From positions 6,386,001 through 6,450,000 of the forward strand of contig JAQFVV010000009.1 of NCBI GenBank assembly GCA_028023455.1: a stretch of DNA of 64,000 nt, written 5' to 3'. Shown here in pieces: positions 12,190 to 25,479 of this stretch. This DNA is from Epiperipatus broadwayi. Lineage: Eukaryota; Animalia; Onychophora. Numbering within the stretch: the first letter of the stretch is position 1; each line of letters begins with the position of its first letter. The translations under genes and the position numbers were made by a program. The notes under the pieces were generated by a model that was not told where the DNA came from, searched no databases, and saw only the letters and a list, made by a program, of their open reading frames with translations.

Positions 12190-14165
12190 TGGAACATAAC
12201 ATTATAGAAGCAATGATTTTAGCAAAGCTACATTCCATGTCATCCAGGCATTCATGGAAAACCTAAATTTCTGCTGGTCCACCATAGCCAGTTATCAGTC
12301 CCTATAATTAAGAACATGCTCAACTATCTAGCAGAATGCAGGTTATCTCTAACTTATACCCCATAGGACTGGTGCCTTTTTAAAAAAGACAACCTTGTAA
12401 ACAGACTCGTATTGATGACTCCACTGTTTATCAAAGTGATAGAATCCATAATAAAGGACAGCATACAAGAAAAAATTCTATCGCAAACCACAGCATCCCA
12501 ATTTGCCCAAAAGGGGTCTTCTGCAATGGTAGCTATAAGCATTGTCAGGACCCTTATAGATGAAATCAGAATAGCGAGAAAGTCAACTGATTGCTGTACA
12601 GCCAGATATCACCAGCATTTGACTCTGTCCGAATAGACTAATGAACCTTCTTGAAGACGGACATTCCAGCATCCATAATAAATATACAAAACCTGCTAAA
12701 TAATAGAAATTTCCATTTCACTAAACGGGAAACTTTCCCAGTCTTTTAAACTGGATCTTTCCATTCCCTAGGGCTCTTCCCTCAGTGCCCTATTATTGAT
12801 CGTTTATATAGACCCTCAAAGAAAATAGATCTTGAACTCCCAGGAATCTACCACAGACTACACAAAAGTCATCAACACCGTTGCATACATGGACGATGTT
12901 CTTCCCTCAAAACTAATATTCTAGATCAATTCCACCAAGCTTCAGGACTTGAAATAAACAATCTAAAATCAGCCACATATTAAATTTACGCAGGAACAAA
13001 AATCCATTCTAAGTACACAGCTCAACCACAAAAATTACTTGGGTTTGCAATTGCAAAATCGGCAACCCAAATGTTCCGAGAAATACACCACTCCATCATC
13101 AACTCAAAGGATCTTTTAACAAAAACTTGTCACAGTCTACCTATCTCTTCAAGGAAAGGTCCTAAATATGAAGATTATGTCAAAAATTAACTACTACCTT
13201 ACCACCATTAAACTAACCAAAACCACCAACAAAATTAACACAGCAGCCAGACTTATGGAAAGAGGAAAGATTTCAGCATTAAAATTATACAATGGCCAAG
13301 AAAACTAAATGGAAGTCTTTGCATTCCATAAAAGCCTATAAAATCCAAAAAGACTGCCTACTAAGACAACTGATAAATAAATCTACATACGAAGTTATTC
13401 TAAACCCGGTTTCTCCCACAGATCGTCATCCACCTCTTAAAATTAACTGGTTAGACAATTATTAATAACCACAAAAAACATCTAATATCCGAACAAGCAT
13501 TCATAAACAAATTTAAAAATCTGGGATGCCTATTCCCTCATTTACTACCAATAGAGGGATTGCTATCAATCACAAACTAAAAGATAGCAAGTCTCTTCAA
13601 GTTTTGGGACATGGAACAAATACTTTAGCCTCAAAATAAGCATGAATTCCATGCCTACAAATGGGTTCCTAAATTACAAAAGGGATATCAAAATTAAACT
13701 CCATATGTCAATTATGTGAAAAAGATGAAACCTTTGCCCATTTAATTAGATCATGCACAAGGCTAAACACAAATCATTTATGAAAAGGACAAAAATGGAC
13801 TACACAATTACCTCGCTGAAGAGTAGTATCCAAACCAATTTGCTATAAGACAGTTCATCACAATGGCTCATGAGATGCCACAAAACCTTCCACTTCCCTC
13901 AACAAAATGAGACAAACTTTCTAAACAATAAATAAATTAAGAGACAGACATGGCCTCACCAAACCAACACAAAGACACCTGGATGTTATTCGATGTCTAA
14001 ACAATTCCACAAAGCAAGAAAGAAAACAAGCACCATGATTAGTTGAACAAATACACACTTATTAAGACAACAAAATCATACACTTCAATGTCAGCACTTT
14101 ACACAAATAATATGTAGAACAACTACTTTTATCTACTTTGTATAGCTTTTACCTGAATAAATATT
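12190..14165 (+). mobile_element. 5'-truncated, decayed L1/Tx1-like LINE
   Basis: RT motifs: PLFIKVIESII, SPAFDSV, IP*GSSLSALL, AYMDDV (about 12890). C-terminal zinc finger CQLCEKDETFAHLIRSC. AATAAA near 14156. Confidence 0.8.
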
Positions 14166-17100
14166 TTGAGAAATAGAATGTAAAATATGACCAAATTCAT
14201 AGGTTTGCTTGTAATGTCATATTAGAAAATTGTCAGAAAATGCAATAATAAAATTAGCTAATTTTCTAGAATAAAATATTAAAAAATCAATTTTTGCAAA
14301 TGTGTAAAATTACATTCTAATGAATTCGTTAAAACATCACTAGGTATAAACAAATCAAAGTTTGGTTACATTTAATATTAATCAAAATATATCTTCTAAC
14401 AAATCAATTCTGGGTGCTTGTCTTATAGCTAAAGATGCTGTTGGATGGTGCCGTTTTCACGCTAAAACTAAAATATGAACATTCACGGGCTGTTGATTGT
14501 AATAATTTTTCTTGGCTTTTTTGTAATGCGAAAATAAAAACAAAATCGTCTTTTTTAAATATTTTTTTATTAATGTATACAATTTAAATGTAAAATAAAA
14601 CCAACAAATTACAATTTTATTCGTGTTTTTTATATCGTATACTTTTTAAATTGTGTTGTGGCTTTTTTTATCAATTTTCTATCAGATATTTTTTTACTTG
14701 TGTTATGACTTTTTTTGTTGTTTAACTAAAAAATAATCGTAATAAGTAGAAGTTACGGTTAGATTTAGGGTTAGTGTTCTGTTTGTAATGCTAAAATAAA
14801 AAAATTCAAAACCGTACTCGTACAAAAGAAACTCAAACTTTTTTAAACAACAACAAACACATACAAATGTCTTCTTTACTTATTAAACATGTTTATAATA
14901 TTTGCTTTTTATGAAATTTACAAAAAAACCTGTACATTTGGACTTTTCTTACTGGATATTTTTTTCGTACCGCTCTTTTTTACTTCAAAAATGTACAGAC
15001 TGTAGAATCTTCTTTGTCTTGTGGAATGTTACTAACAGTACATTACTTGACACGTTACCTAATTGCAACTCAATAAAAACAGATATTTAACATTTTCCAA
15101 AATAAAAGTTCAATACAGTACATTGTAAAAAGTCTTATAATTATTGCTTTAAAAAATATGAACATTTCAATAGTTTAAAATAAAAAAAAATCCAATGAAA
15201 ACATTTCAATACAATTCAAATACAAACTCTCATCAAGCCGTAGTTATTTTATAAATTGTGTGAATTTGGAAAATGTATTTGTTGCTATGCGACACACATG
15301 CTGTACTGTGATGCAACATAGCGGCCTGATTTCTGTAGCACAACAAAAGTTGTATTATAGAAAACGCAGATTCGAACGTGTTGGCCGCGGAAACAGCATT
15401 TTTATGTGTTTTGGCATGAAAACTGCGCCATCTTTAGCTAAAAAACGAGTACCCAATTCTGTTAAAAATTCATAATGTGCTGAAAAATCATATTTACCAT
15501 GTTCACCAAAATAATTTGTAACGTTTAAAAATAGGAAAATTTATAACTGCATCTGCTGTTGAATAAGATAGACAAATTTGGTGCTCGTGAGTTTTCAAAT
15601 AAACCAAGATAATAGCCCATATTTTTAATAATTTCGGGGAGTACCAAAAAAATGCATGCTATAGAATGTGGCCATATTTAGCATTTTTATTAGTTTTTAT
15701 AAAAAAATTACAATATTTAGTTTATTTTCCTATTTTTTAGATTAACAAAAATGGTGTGGGTTATAAATACAATATTTATACTATTTATGTTGGTAGCTTG
15801 CAATCATATTAACACAGCAGGATCCTGTACCTTTGGAAATATTCTGTGAAAAAAAGTTGCCAAATTTTTGTTGACAATTTACTGAAAAAACTGACAAAAA
15901 GATGCTCTGAAATGGAATTCAGAATATATTCCTTTTTTAAAATTTTTTCTTTTAATTTAAAAACGACATTTTTGATAGATTATAGACTTGAAATTATATT
16001 TATCAAAAATACAGGCTGCCATCTATGTTTACTCGAAAACTTGCAACTACACAAATTTTTAATATATTTTCTGTTGAATTAGTTAAAATGATAAAGGTAA
16101 TGCTAAACATTTGGTGATATTAAACGTTTCATGCTAAAACTTTAATTTTGATACAAGTGATAAACTTATGATAAATGCAAGATTTATACGTCCACTGAAT
16201 GGGATTTCATTAAAATATAATTGATTGGTTGATTATTCAATGAAATACTTTGCACATAAAGTACAATTCTGTAGTTGGACAATGTGCAAATATTTAATAT
16301 AATTTTAATGTCAATTAGATTTTTTTTTAAAAGAACTTAGAAAAGATTTTTAAAAAATCTGATATTTTGACATTTATTTTCTTTTAAATAAATACTGAAT
16401 TTTTAATATTAGAAAAATTATTTCTTCAATAAAAATGCTTGACATTTAAAAAAATTTACATTAGGACCTGAATTTTTTAATTATAACTGGGATAAAGCCA
16501 ATCCCATCTAAAGAATAATTACAATATCGTTCCAAAATTGACCAGTTTTTTTTTTTAAAGATAAAATTCACATTTTTGGTTCTAGTAAAGGCAGTGGCTT
16601 AACTAGAATTTTTAGGTCCTATGCAAAATTCATCAAAGTCCTTTTGGTAATGTGTGTGTGTGTTTTGAATGTGTATATATATATCTTCATATGTTTCATG
16701 ATAGCCAACAGTCAATTTCCTATGCTATTGTATCAATTTAATATCTTGAAGACTAAATAAAATTTATATATGCATATGATAAGAAATGAAAAAAATTATA
16801 TTTCACCATACATGTGGTTGAGTAGTAATTTTGTAGAAATGGCCGCCAGTATGTGATCATTGTCCCACAGTTGGATTGCCATTTGTAACAAGATTTGGGA
16901 TTAATCTGGAGTGATGGCACTCATCAATCCCAAGTCAATGACTCAAAATTGAAATATTAAATATAAAAGGAATGAGCATTAGCTCAACACAACTTAAGTT
17001 CATCAGCATTATCCAGAAGTAATATTCATTATCATGAATAATAAAAATAAATCAATCTGATGACTGGATTTGAATGGATCTACTATAAACCAAGCTAATT

Positions 17101-18018
17101 ATTTAGTCCTTGGGGCAAATTATTTAAACATCAATTTGGATGTGTAAACTTAAGTGCTAATCCATCAGAATGTCACTTCAGTTCTAACAAATACTAAACA
17201 AAATGTAGTGCACGGACTTTAAAGAATATCCCTGTGTGCCAATTCAGGATCATCAACTAGATGCCCATAAACTAAATATAAACCCCTTTTATATATATGG
17301 GACTTATACATGAATCTGATTTTGAGAACAAAAGCTCTAACTGTTACTGTGAGCAAGAGATAATAGAACATTCTAAAACTTTAGGATTGAGTATGTTCTT
17401 TGGAATAATTTTAACAAAATATTAATTTATTGATAATTAAAATGAAATTAAGGTTGATTATGCCATAAATATAAATTCAGCATTTTGATTTTGATTAATA
17501 TACAATTAGCTATCCCATTGTGATTTATAAAGACCTCAACAGGTTTACATAAAATACCTATTTATCAGGATACAGATGTGCTTGTATAATATAAAATGAA
17601 CATATTTAAATTGCCATAAACCTAGAAATGTTCATTTTTGTCATATGACTTTAACATGTGTCATATAATACAAAAAAAGTTTTCATTTTTTAATGATGCA
17701 TGAATAATGACATTTCACATATATAATAATGTTCACACATGTTTTTATATTTTAATTTGTCAAAATAAAATTAAAAATATATTTTTCATAATTCCATGTT
17801 GAAAGTATACATAGAATCCACACATATGTGTCCATATAAAAATAGAATCGGTTATTAAATTATTTGATAGCCCTTCGTTTTTTGTTTTTTTTTAAAAAAA
17901 AAGTAATATCACATCTTTGCCTGGTTACTGTTGATTAATTATAAATATGTTTAAAAAATATTCCAGCAAGTTCCTTTGTTTTCCAATCTAAGAATAGTTT
18001 TGGAATCTATATATATAT

Positions 18019-21000
18019 TGTAACAGTCAAGTTTGTACATTCGCATAACACAATTCAGAATCCAAGCAAAAGAGACAAGCTGACCAGACTAAGACTGTGA
18101 CATCCCAAGTCCGTTCACACTTCAACTCGTGAGCCAGGATTCCAAGACTCTAGATCCTACGAATGACCACCTTGAAATTACACAGTATAGCTCCTTCCAC
18201 ATGGCCGACATAGAGACTCAATAAGACTGATGAATAAAGAAGGGTTCTTAATTGACTAAAATATATCACTAATCTAATTTAACTTAATGCAGTTTTCACA
18301 TATATAGACTATAAATAATAATTAGAATTGGATTGAATTAGATCAATATCGAGACAGAACGAAATACATTAAACTAATTATACATTTATTTGCAATTGGC
18401 ATGAAATTGATGTTTTACACATTTCAGCGTTGAATGTACACAAACATTGGGTGGATAAGAGACATTCTTTTTATATACAATTCAAAATAGCTTTATATAA
18501 AAAATTTCATTTAATTTTCATACATGGGTTTAACATATGCCCATATTATGAGTTGCTTTACAATTAATACAATCAATCACTACGTTATGTCTATAAATCT
18601 AGTTAAGCCAAATTCTACTACATTTGTGGCTGTTATATAAATAATTATATTGAACTTTGATCATGAATTCATTTACTAAAAACAATGACTTAATAACGAG
18701 CGCATAAACCAGCTCAAGTAATGATCGATTGAACATGGCTTTCAAGAGAAAATTTCAGAATGCTGAAAGCGTTATATAAAGGTGGGAGAGTTGGCTGAAA
18801 TAAGATTTTACCAATGCGCTATGGCACAGGTAAAACAATAATAGGAAGTCGCTCTGCGGATGGATGAAATAACTTCAGGGTTCTTGTGACAAACGCCGGT
18901 ACCCTGTAACCGATCGTAATGCGTGAAAAGGAGCATTATGTTCAGGAATGGTGGGGGACTTGCGTGCTAACCTGGCCTTAGCTCAGGCTTCGCTACTGCT
19001 CTACCCTATGAGGTGCTGGCAACACCGTGGCTCCATCTTAGTATACGTATATTATGTATAGCAGCAAAACGAGAATAATTTTATAAAATACTATATCACA
19101 CCCGCCAAGCAAAGAATAGTACATTTCATACTATGAAATACGAGTTAATAGCATATTAGCTCTATCAAATTGGGACCAACTCTTGTGTAGCCTGATAATA
19201 AATGTCTATGCTACTAAAGGGAATATTAATACATCTGTACTTTGACATGCTCGATCTATTAAATTACTTATAGATAAATATTTAAGGAGGGAAAGTATAT
19301 TTCTATGGACTTAAGAATTTAAATGTCAAATATACTTATAAATACAATCAAGGCTAAATTTAATTGTAAATAAAACTAAGGTTAAGTTTTTAACTGGTTG
19401 ATTAAGAGCCACATTTACATATTAAATCATTTAAATAATAAAAAAATAGGATTTCGAAACAGCACAGAAAGTTGATGCTATAAACAAATTACGCGAAGAT
19501 TTTCAAATAATATCTTGAAAACATGAAATTAAGTGCCCATTGTTTCGAAATATTGGCATATAAAATATAATAAGCATTTAAAATAAGCAAAGAAATATAG
19601 ACACAACCGCAGTGATATAACTTTAAACTAAATAATTTACTTTGAAGTGAATGGAAAATATAAATAAGTCCGATTATTTAAACTTTAACACATTAAATTT
19701 TGATAGCAATTGACATATTTAAAATATTAAATCTTTAAGTTTTGATTACATTTAGCTTTATCATTATTTTAAAAAGAGAGCTAACTTATATAGATAAATC
19801 TACACAGAGCTCTGCGTTTTGAAAAATAAAACGGTACCGGTATTATTTATCTGGACTGCAAGTTCTTGGCTGTATGTTTGGTGAGTTTGACTGGGTGGCT
19901 GGTGGCATCATCTTTCCCATTATGTTAGGCTTGTCTCTTCTATTGGCATGATGGTGGTTTAGGCATTTTGACAGAAACCCTGTTCTCCCGCGGAGTAATA
20001 GCAACAAAATGCCTGCTTTTAGCCGGACATATACATTAACATTTGTGAAGGATGGCTGCAATTCTCTCCAAAAATATGGCTGTCTTTTCTTGTTAAAAAT
20101 ACAGAGTATTTATATCTTTTCCTTATCGGAATCTATCGCCTCAAGACTCACTAAACTCAGGAATTTAATTAAATATTTTTCAATTTATAATCCAGATCTT
20201 AGATAACTTATGTTAGAAACATTCCATAAGCTATTATTATAATTAAGATTTTTCGTTGCAAACAATTGTCCAATTTAGATTTTAAAATAACTTAATCTTA
20301 TATAAGGAGATTTTAATTAGTAAATTTTGAACTAGTTTTACTTTTTACGAATTCCAGTGTGGTCGTTAATGACACTTGTTTACAACCAGAAATCTTTTTA
20401 ATTACTTGACCAGCTTTTATTTTTAATCTTACATATAATAGAAACTTTTTATTTAAAAACAACCTTTTAACATTTTTTTTAAAACGCAAACCTTTTTACA
20501 TATTTATTAAAAATAATTTACAAATATATTTTGATATAGCTTTTAAATATATTTTTGAGAAACTTTTGCCTGAAATATATTTAAAACCAGAAATCTTTTA
20601 ACAATTTTTAAAGACATTCAATATTATTTTTAGATAATGGCTTTTACATATTTTAAAATCATGTCTTTCTTCTATATAGCAGATTATATATCCACATACG
20701 AAATTACAATATTAAACAACAAAATTAATAATTTACTCTTAACTTAAATAATATAATGAACATTTTTAGAAATATTAAATAAATTTAGTATGCTATAATT
20801 TTCCTAATCCTAATTATAGCGTTGGTTCGCACGCAAATATATAATACTGTTTAGACAGACATGAGCGAATTTTAAATTTATTAACATTTAAATAGGTTCA
20901 AACTTAGCACAGATGAGTGTGTCATTAGGTTTGATGGTGAAACGATAGGGGCTTGGAAAGTTATTGTTTCAATATAACAATCTATGAATCAATTCTTTAC

Positions 21001-21318
21001 TTTTAGACTTAATTCAAGCAAAAATTATTTACTTATTTTTATATTATATATTTTAAATGTCATTTTAAAGGAATTATTTAAAACAATATCAGCTGCACTT
21101 TATATACTTACGACACAGCACATTTATCTAGTTCTCTGCATAGATAAAACATATAATTAATTCTTCAGCAAGATGATGGACTCTGGGTAATCTGTTCTCT
21201 TCTAAACGGTAGACTAGCATCTTATTGGAAATGGTATAATCCAGGTAACTCGGATTGCAGTGATCTCCCTGCAGTCTCCCATTTGATCAAACTTCCAGCA
21301 AGCCAGTTATCTTATACA
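18019..21318 (+). mobile_element. Probable solo LTR (~3.3 kb), Gypsy type
   Basis: atat|TGTAAC start and ...cttataCA|ttat end (TSD 3/4). The terminal gcagtgatct...gatcaaa...taca resembles the U5 end of the LTRs of 21651-31005. No coding capacity. Confidence 0.6.
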
Positions 21319-21650
21319 TTATATACAGACTAATGAAAATGTTTGATCTATCTTGATTGAAAAAAAGTTAATGACTTTCAATTCAATTTAATCCTTTGAA
21401 AAACAACTTACAGGATTTTTATCAAAATTTGTTATACAAGATTTAATTAAAATATTTCTTTGATCAAAATTGGAATTTTATAATTACCAGTATATTATAA
21501 CAAATATATCCTTGTTTTAATTTCAAAATCAGAATTAATAAAATATAAGAATAAGCTTTAATTCAATGAAAAAAAAATCTTGACAAATTCTTTGTTTATT
21601 GTACTAATGTGGCAAAAAGAATGTATAGAGCTTCTGTTTATGATATATAT

Positions 21651-24600
21651 TGAACCGGATGCTTTATCCAATTCAATGGTTTCGTTGCCAAAAATAAAAC
21701 CAACTTTTATTTCAATGAAATTCTAAAGTTTAAAAGGAAGACTTTAAGAGTATGTGTAATAATGTTCATACTCAGTTATGTTTTAAAATGTCATTTTACT
21801 TTTGTTTTCTATCTCTTTTATCGCTTTTTTTTTTGTAATTTAAGTAAGTAAATACAAACAAACTTAATCCTTTAAAAGAAATAATAATTTTGAAAAAAAA
21901 AAAAAAAATCCTTTCTGAAGAAAACATCTTAGTTTGGGAAAGTTTTTTTTAATTGCGTTCTTGTTTTGATTATAATCAATTTCTAATTTAGTTTAAATAA
22001 GCTGAGACTTGCTGTTACATGGTAAATAAGATTAACCTGGTTGGAATTTTTAAAATTGAGATTAAGATTTGCCCTGGTCTAAAACTAATTAATAATTAAA
22101 AGAATAAGGAGTCTTATAAATAGCCAGGCTTAGGAACTGATTCTATTCTACTGATTACTCTTCAGCAACTGACATCTGTTCAATTAGATTAGTTCAACGT
22201 TTAGTACATCAGTCAATATAACCATTTAACTGCTTTGGCTCTTTGAGTGCTTGTCGGATGATGTGTTTTCTTTATATAGTGAGGTAAAAAGTATAAGCAT
22301 GACATCAAACAAAATATAAGCATTTGATAGCTGTCGTGATTCCAAAAATGTCTACCTCAAAAAAATCCTCTGAAATTTGGATTTTTGACAGTTTTAATCG
22401 ACCAGTATTTTATTTTTTGATAATTTTTGTAATTATCATGAAGCGATAAAAGACAAAAAGTGGTTTATGACCTGCAAGTGAAAATTTCTCCGGTTATTCA
22501 TAAACAAGGTCTATAATAGAGTTTCAACGTAATGACTCTTAAATATAAAATTTTAATTTTTTTAATATTTTACTTTTTTTGAAAAAATTATCTTTTTTCA
22601 TTAATTTTAGTTTGTAGTGAGTGTGCGTTAATATAAAATATATTTATTTATGCTCATATAGAATTCATATCTACCTTAATTTTCTAAAGTTCTAATCCAC
22701 TTATTTTATAAAAATAATGATTTTCAAAAAGTTTTATAATTTATTATTTATAATTGTTTATATAATATGTTTGTGTTTACAAGTAATGAGTTATAAAACT
22801 AATAATCAAATGTATAGAAAGATTGCATACGTAGGCATATAAGAAAATTCTGATTCTTGTTTATGATTATTCTTGTTCATGCTTTGGAGTCACTCTGGTT
22901 TTGCTATGTTTCATAACATTATTTTCAAGTCTATAGCTAAGAAATGTACTATATGCAAATAAATTATATCTATGTGATACAATAAATATAACAAGATAGC
23001 ATCACTTCTGTGCATAAAGAATATAAACGTCCATAAAGAATATAAATATCACAAGTACACAAAAAAATATAAAATGAGATGAAATTCATTTTTATCAGGG
23101 ATATAGGCAGTAGCCTACAATTTCTAGTTTTAGATAGACAAGAAGCCAATTGCTATGATGATTTGTTTTGTATCTTTTATTAGGATGAATCTTTTTCTTT
23201 ATAGATGCCTTTGACATTTGGGGTACAAGATAAAAATGAAGTCATATCCGACTTTTGGAGATTGTGAAATTATGGATTATCTCAGGTAAGATGTTATATG
23301 TTTAGAAAGATAATTTTGTGAGGAATACAAAGAAATTATCACTGAAGATGTAATTTGAATTTTAGTTAATGTTAATTTCCAAATTATGAACAAACAAATA
23401 GTAATTATTTCGGATGTGAAATTTTTTCCCCCCTTATTCTAACACAATTAAAACAAGTTATTGTGAAAATTGTGTCTCAGGTCAGTATTTAAAAAAATTC
23501 AATATGGTGTTTTAGACTGAAGGGGCTAATAAACGGAATCATCTCTTCAGAATGCCTAAACAAGCCTCTATGAAGAATATTACTTATGCGATGTTGTGCT
23601 AAACCCACTCAAATCTCATAACTAAATGCTCCCTGCTAAACAGGCCTTAAAACATACAAAAACTGGTCCAGTAATGCCTTCTTAACAAAATGGAGTCTTC
23701 GCTGGAGTTCCCCATGGAATGAACTGTGCCATGCTGAAAGACCTCTGCAGTTTTAAATTTATACCTCGAGGTAATGTTTCCATATTGTAATCAGGGTTTA
23801 AATCTATCTAGTCTCAGCTTAATCTTTAGTGTTACCTATCATTTATTTGCTTATCATTTTATTTTATAGTATGTCTGGAATCTTAGTTTTAAGATTCCAA
23901 GTTTATTTTCCATTTTAGTTATCAGAGTGTATTGTGAGATTATTTTTTATATTCTTAATATGTCTCCATTTATTACTAACCCTTGCTAAATGCTCTGGCA
24001 GTTTTTCGTAATTTCACTTTGCTCACCTGTCCCCCTATTTTATCGTCCAATAAGTAATTTTAAATACGTTTAAATTGTTTCTTGCAAACTGCAAATCTTT
24101 TGGCTGGCGGTTTATTGTTTGCTATTCTAGTTTTTCTGTAGTCGATTTCTTTTCTAGATTATGTGAGATTGTAATCATATATATTTTTTGGTCTTGTATG
24201 TGAAATCAACCATGAATTGCCTTAAATGTGATACATCATGAGCTGTGCTACCGGCAATGTTCTTGGACTCAACACATTATTATGGGCCAAGAAATGCTCA
24301 CGGCGCTGTTTCATTGATTTCCTACAAGACCATTCTGAATTAGTAAGCTAGAATTAGTTTTTATAAATCACCAGCAGGAAGATACTATTAATTCTCTTTT
24401 AAATTGTAGGTGAGAAAAATTCTTGTTGCCAGGGCATTTAATGTTTTAATATTTGCTGAATTCATATGCACTCTGATAAATACGCTTATAAAAATCTAGG
24501 TCAAACTTTTGTATTCTGTTTGCTAGATTTTCTGCCTATTACTTTTTTGAATTTAATAAAAATTTCAAATTAGTTTAAATTATTTTGCTGTTTGTCTTAG

Positions 24601-24768
24601 TTCTTTTATTTCTCAATTGTCTGAACAATATTCTCAAGCTCTTGCTGTCTCAGTCTAGTCAGTGCAAAGCATCATCTCCATCCGCTTGATCAAGTAAACA
24701 AATTTTCCAGATATGCAGTGATCTGGTGGCACCCTCCATGATCAAAGGTAGATTGAGGGATCGTTACA
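21651..24768 (+). repeat. 5' LTR of element 1 (~1.8 kb plus a 1.3 kb piggyBac insert)
   Basis: Colinear with 29053-31005 apart from 22230-23529; roughly 90% identical by eye in the first 125 bp. Confidence 0.9.
22230..23525 (+). mobile_element. Non-autonomous piggyBac remnant inserted in the 5' LTR of element 1
   Basis: Absent from the 3' LTR (ccatttaataaatgg is the empty site). Flanks TTAA / CTAA; right end gactgaagggg. Frameshifted remnant DES..LYRC...YKIKMKSYPTFG/IVKLWII at about 23185-23290 resembles the piggyBac DE...KP.KFGIK.W block. Confidence 0.65.
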
Positions 24769-25479
24769 TACTTATTAAATTTTAGCACAGCCAATATAGG
24801 GCTTTGAGTTTTAAGCCCATGTGAGATTTTCTTCGGACAATTGAGGAATATTTCAGGTGTAGGAGGCAAGATTTAGTAAGTAGGGATGAGTTTGTATTAT
24901 TTATGGTATGAATTGTTAGGGCAGTTTGGTATTAGGGGATTCGTCTTTGTAATATAATAATATAAAACAGTTAAATAACATTTTTCTGTGAAATTATAAA
25001 AAAAAAGTTAAATATAGTTGTCTTTTCATATGAGATAATAATAGTTAAATAGTGTTTTCTTTCAGAATTAATTTTGGAATTTAAAAGAAAATAAATAAAT
25101 ATTGGGAAGTCTTTTTCATGTGACATAAATAAATAAATAGTTAAATAGCATTTTCTTTTAGATTGATTTTCCAACATAGTGTTAAATAGAAATAAATATT
25201 AGTAGTCATATTTCTAAAGTTGAAAGATAGAGTTGGGAAATAAATAGCTGTACCAATATGAGAGGGCAAATTCATAAGGAAGTTGAGAATAGGCAAATTA
25301 AACCTCGAGTTACAAGAAAGATCCTGATAAGTTTTCATGGTGGATAGTAGAAAGTCCAGCTGCGCAACTTGAAAGCCTTCAACAAGTGTTTCAGTTTCAC
25401 AAATGGAATGAACAAGAAAAGATTGCAGTGGCTTGTAATCATTTACAGTGTGACCAAAGAGTGGTGGCATACTTTAAGC

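Noticed and set aside
23205-23285. Exon-like segment encoding MKSYPTFGDCEIMDYL with a gtaag donor
   Set aside because: It lies inside the piggyBac insert in an LTR and is explained as a transposase remnant.
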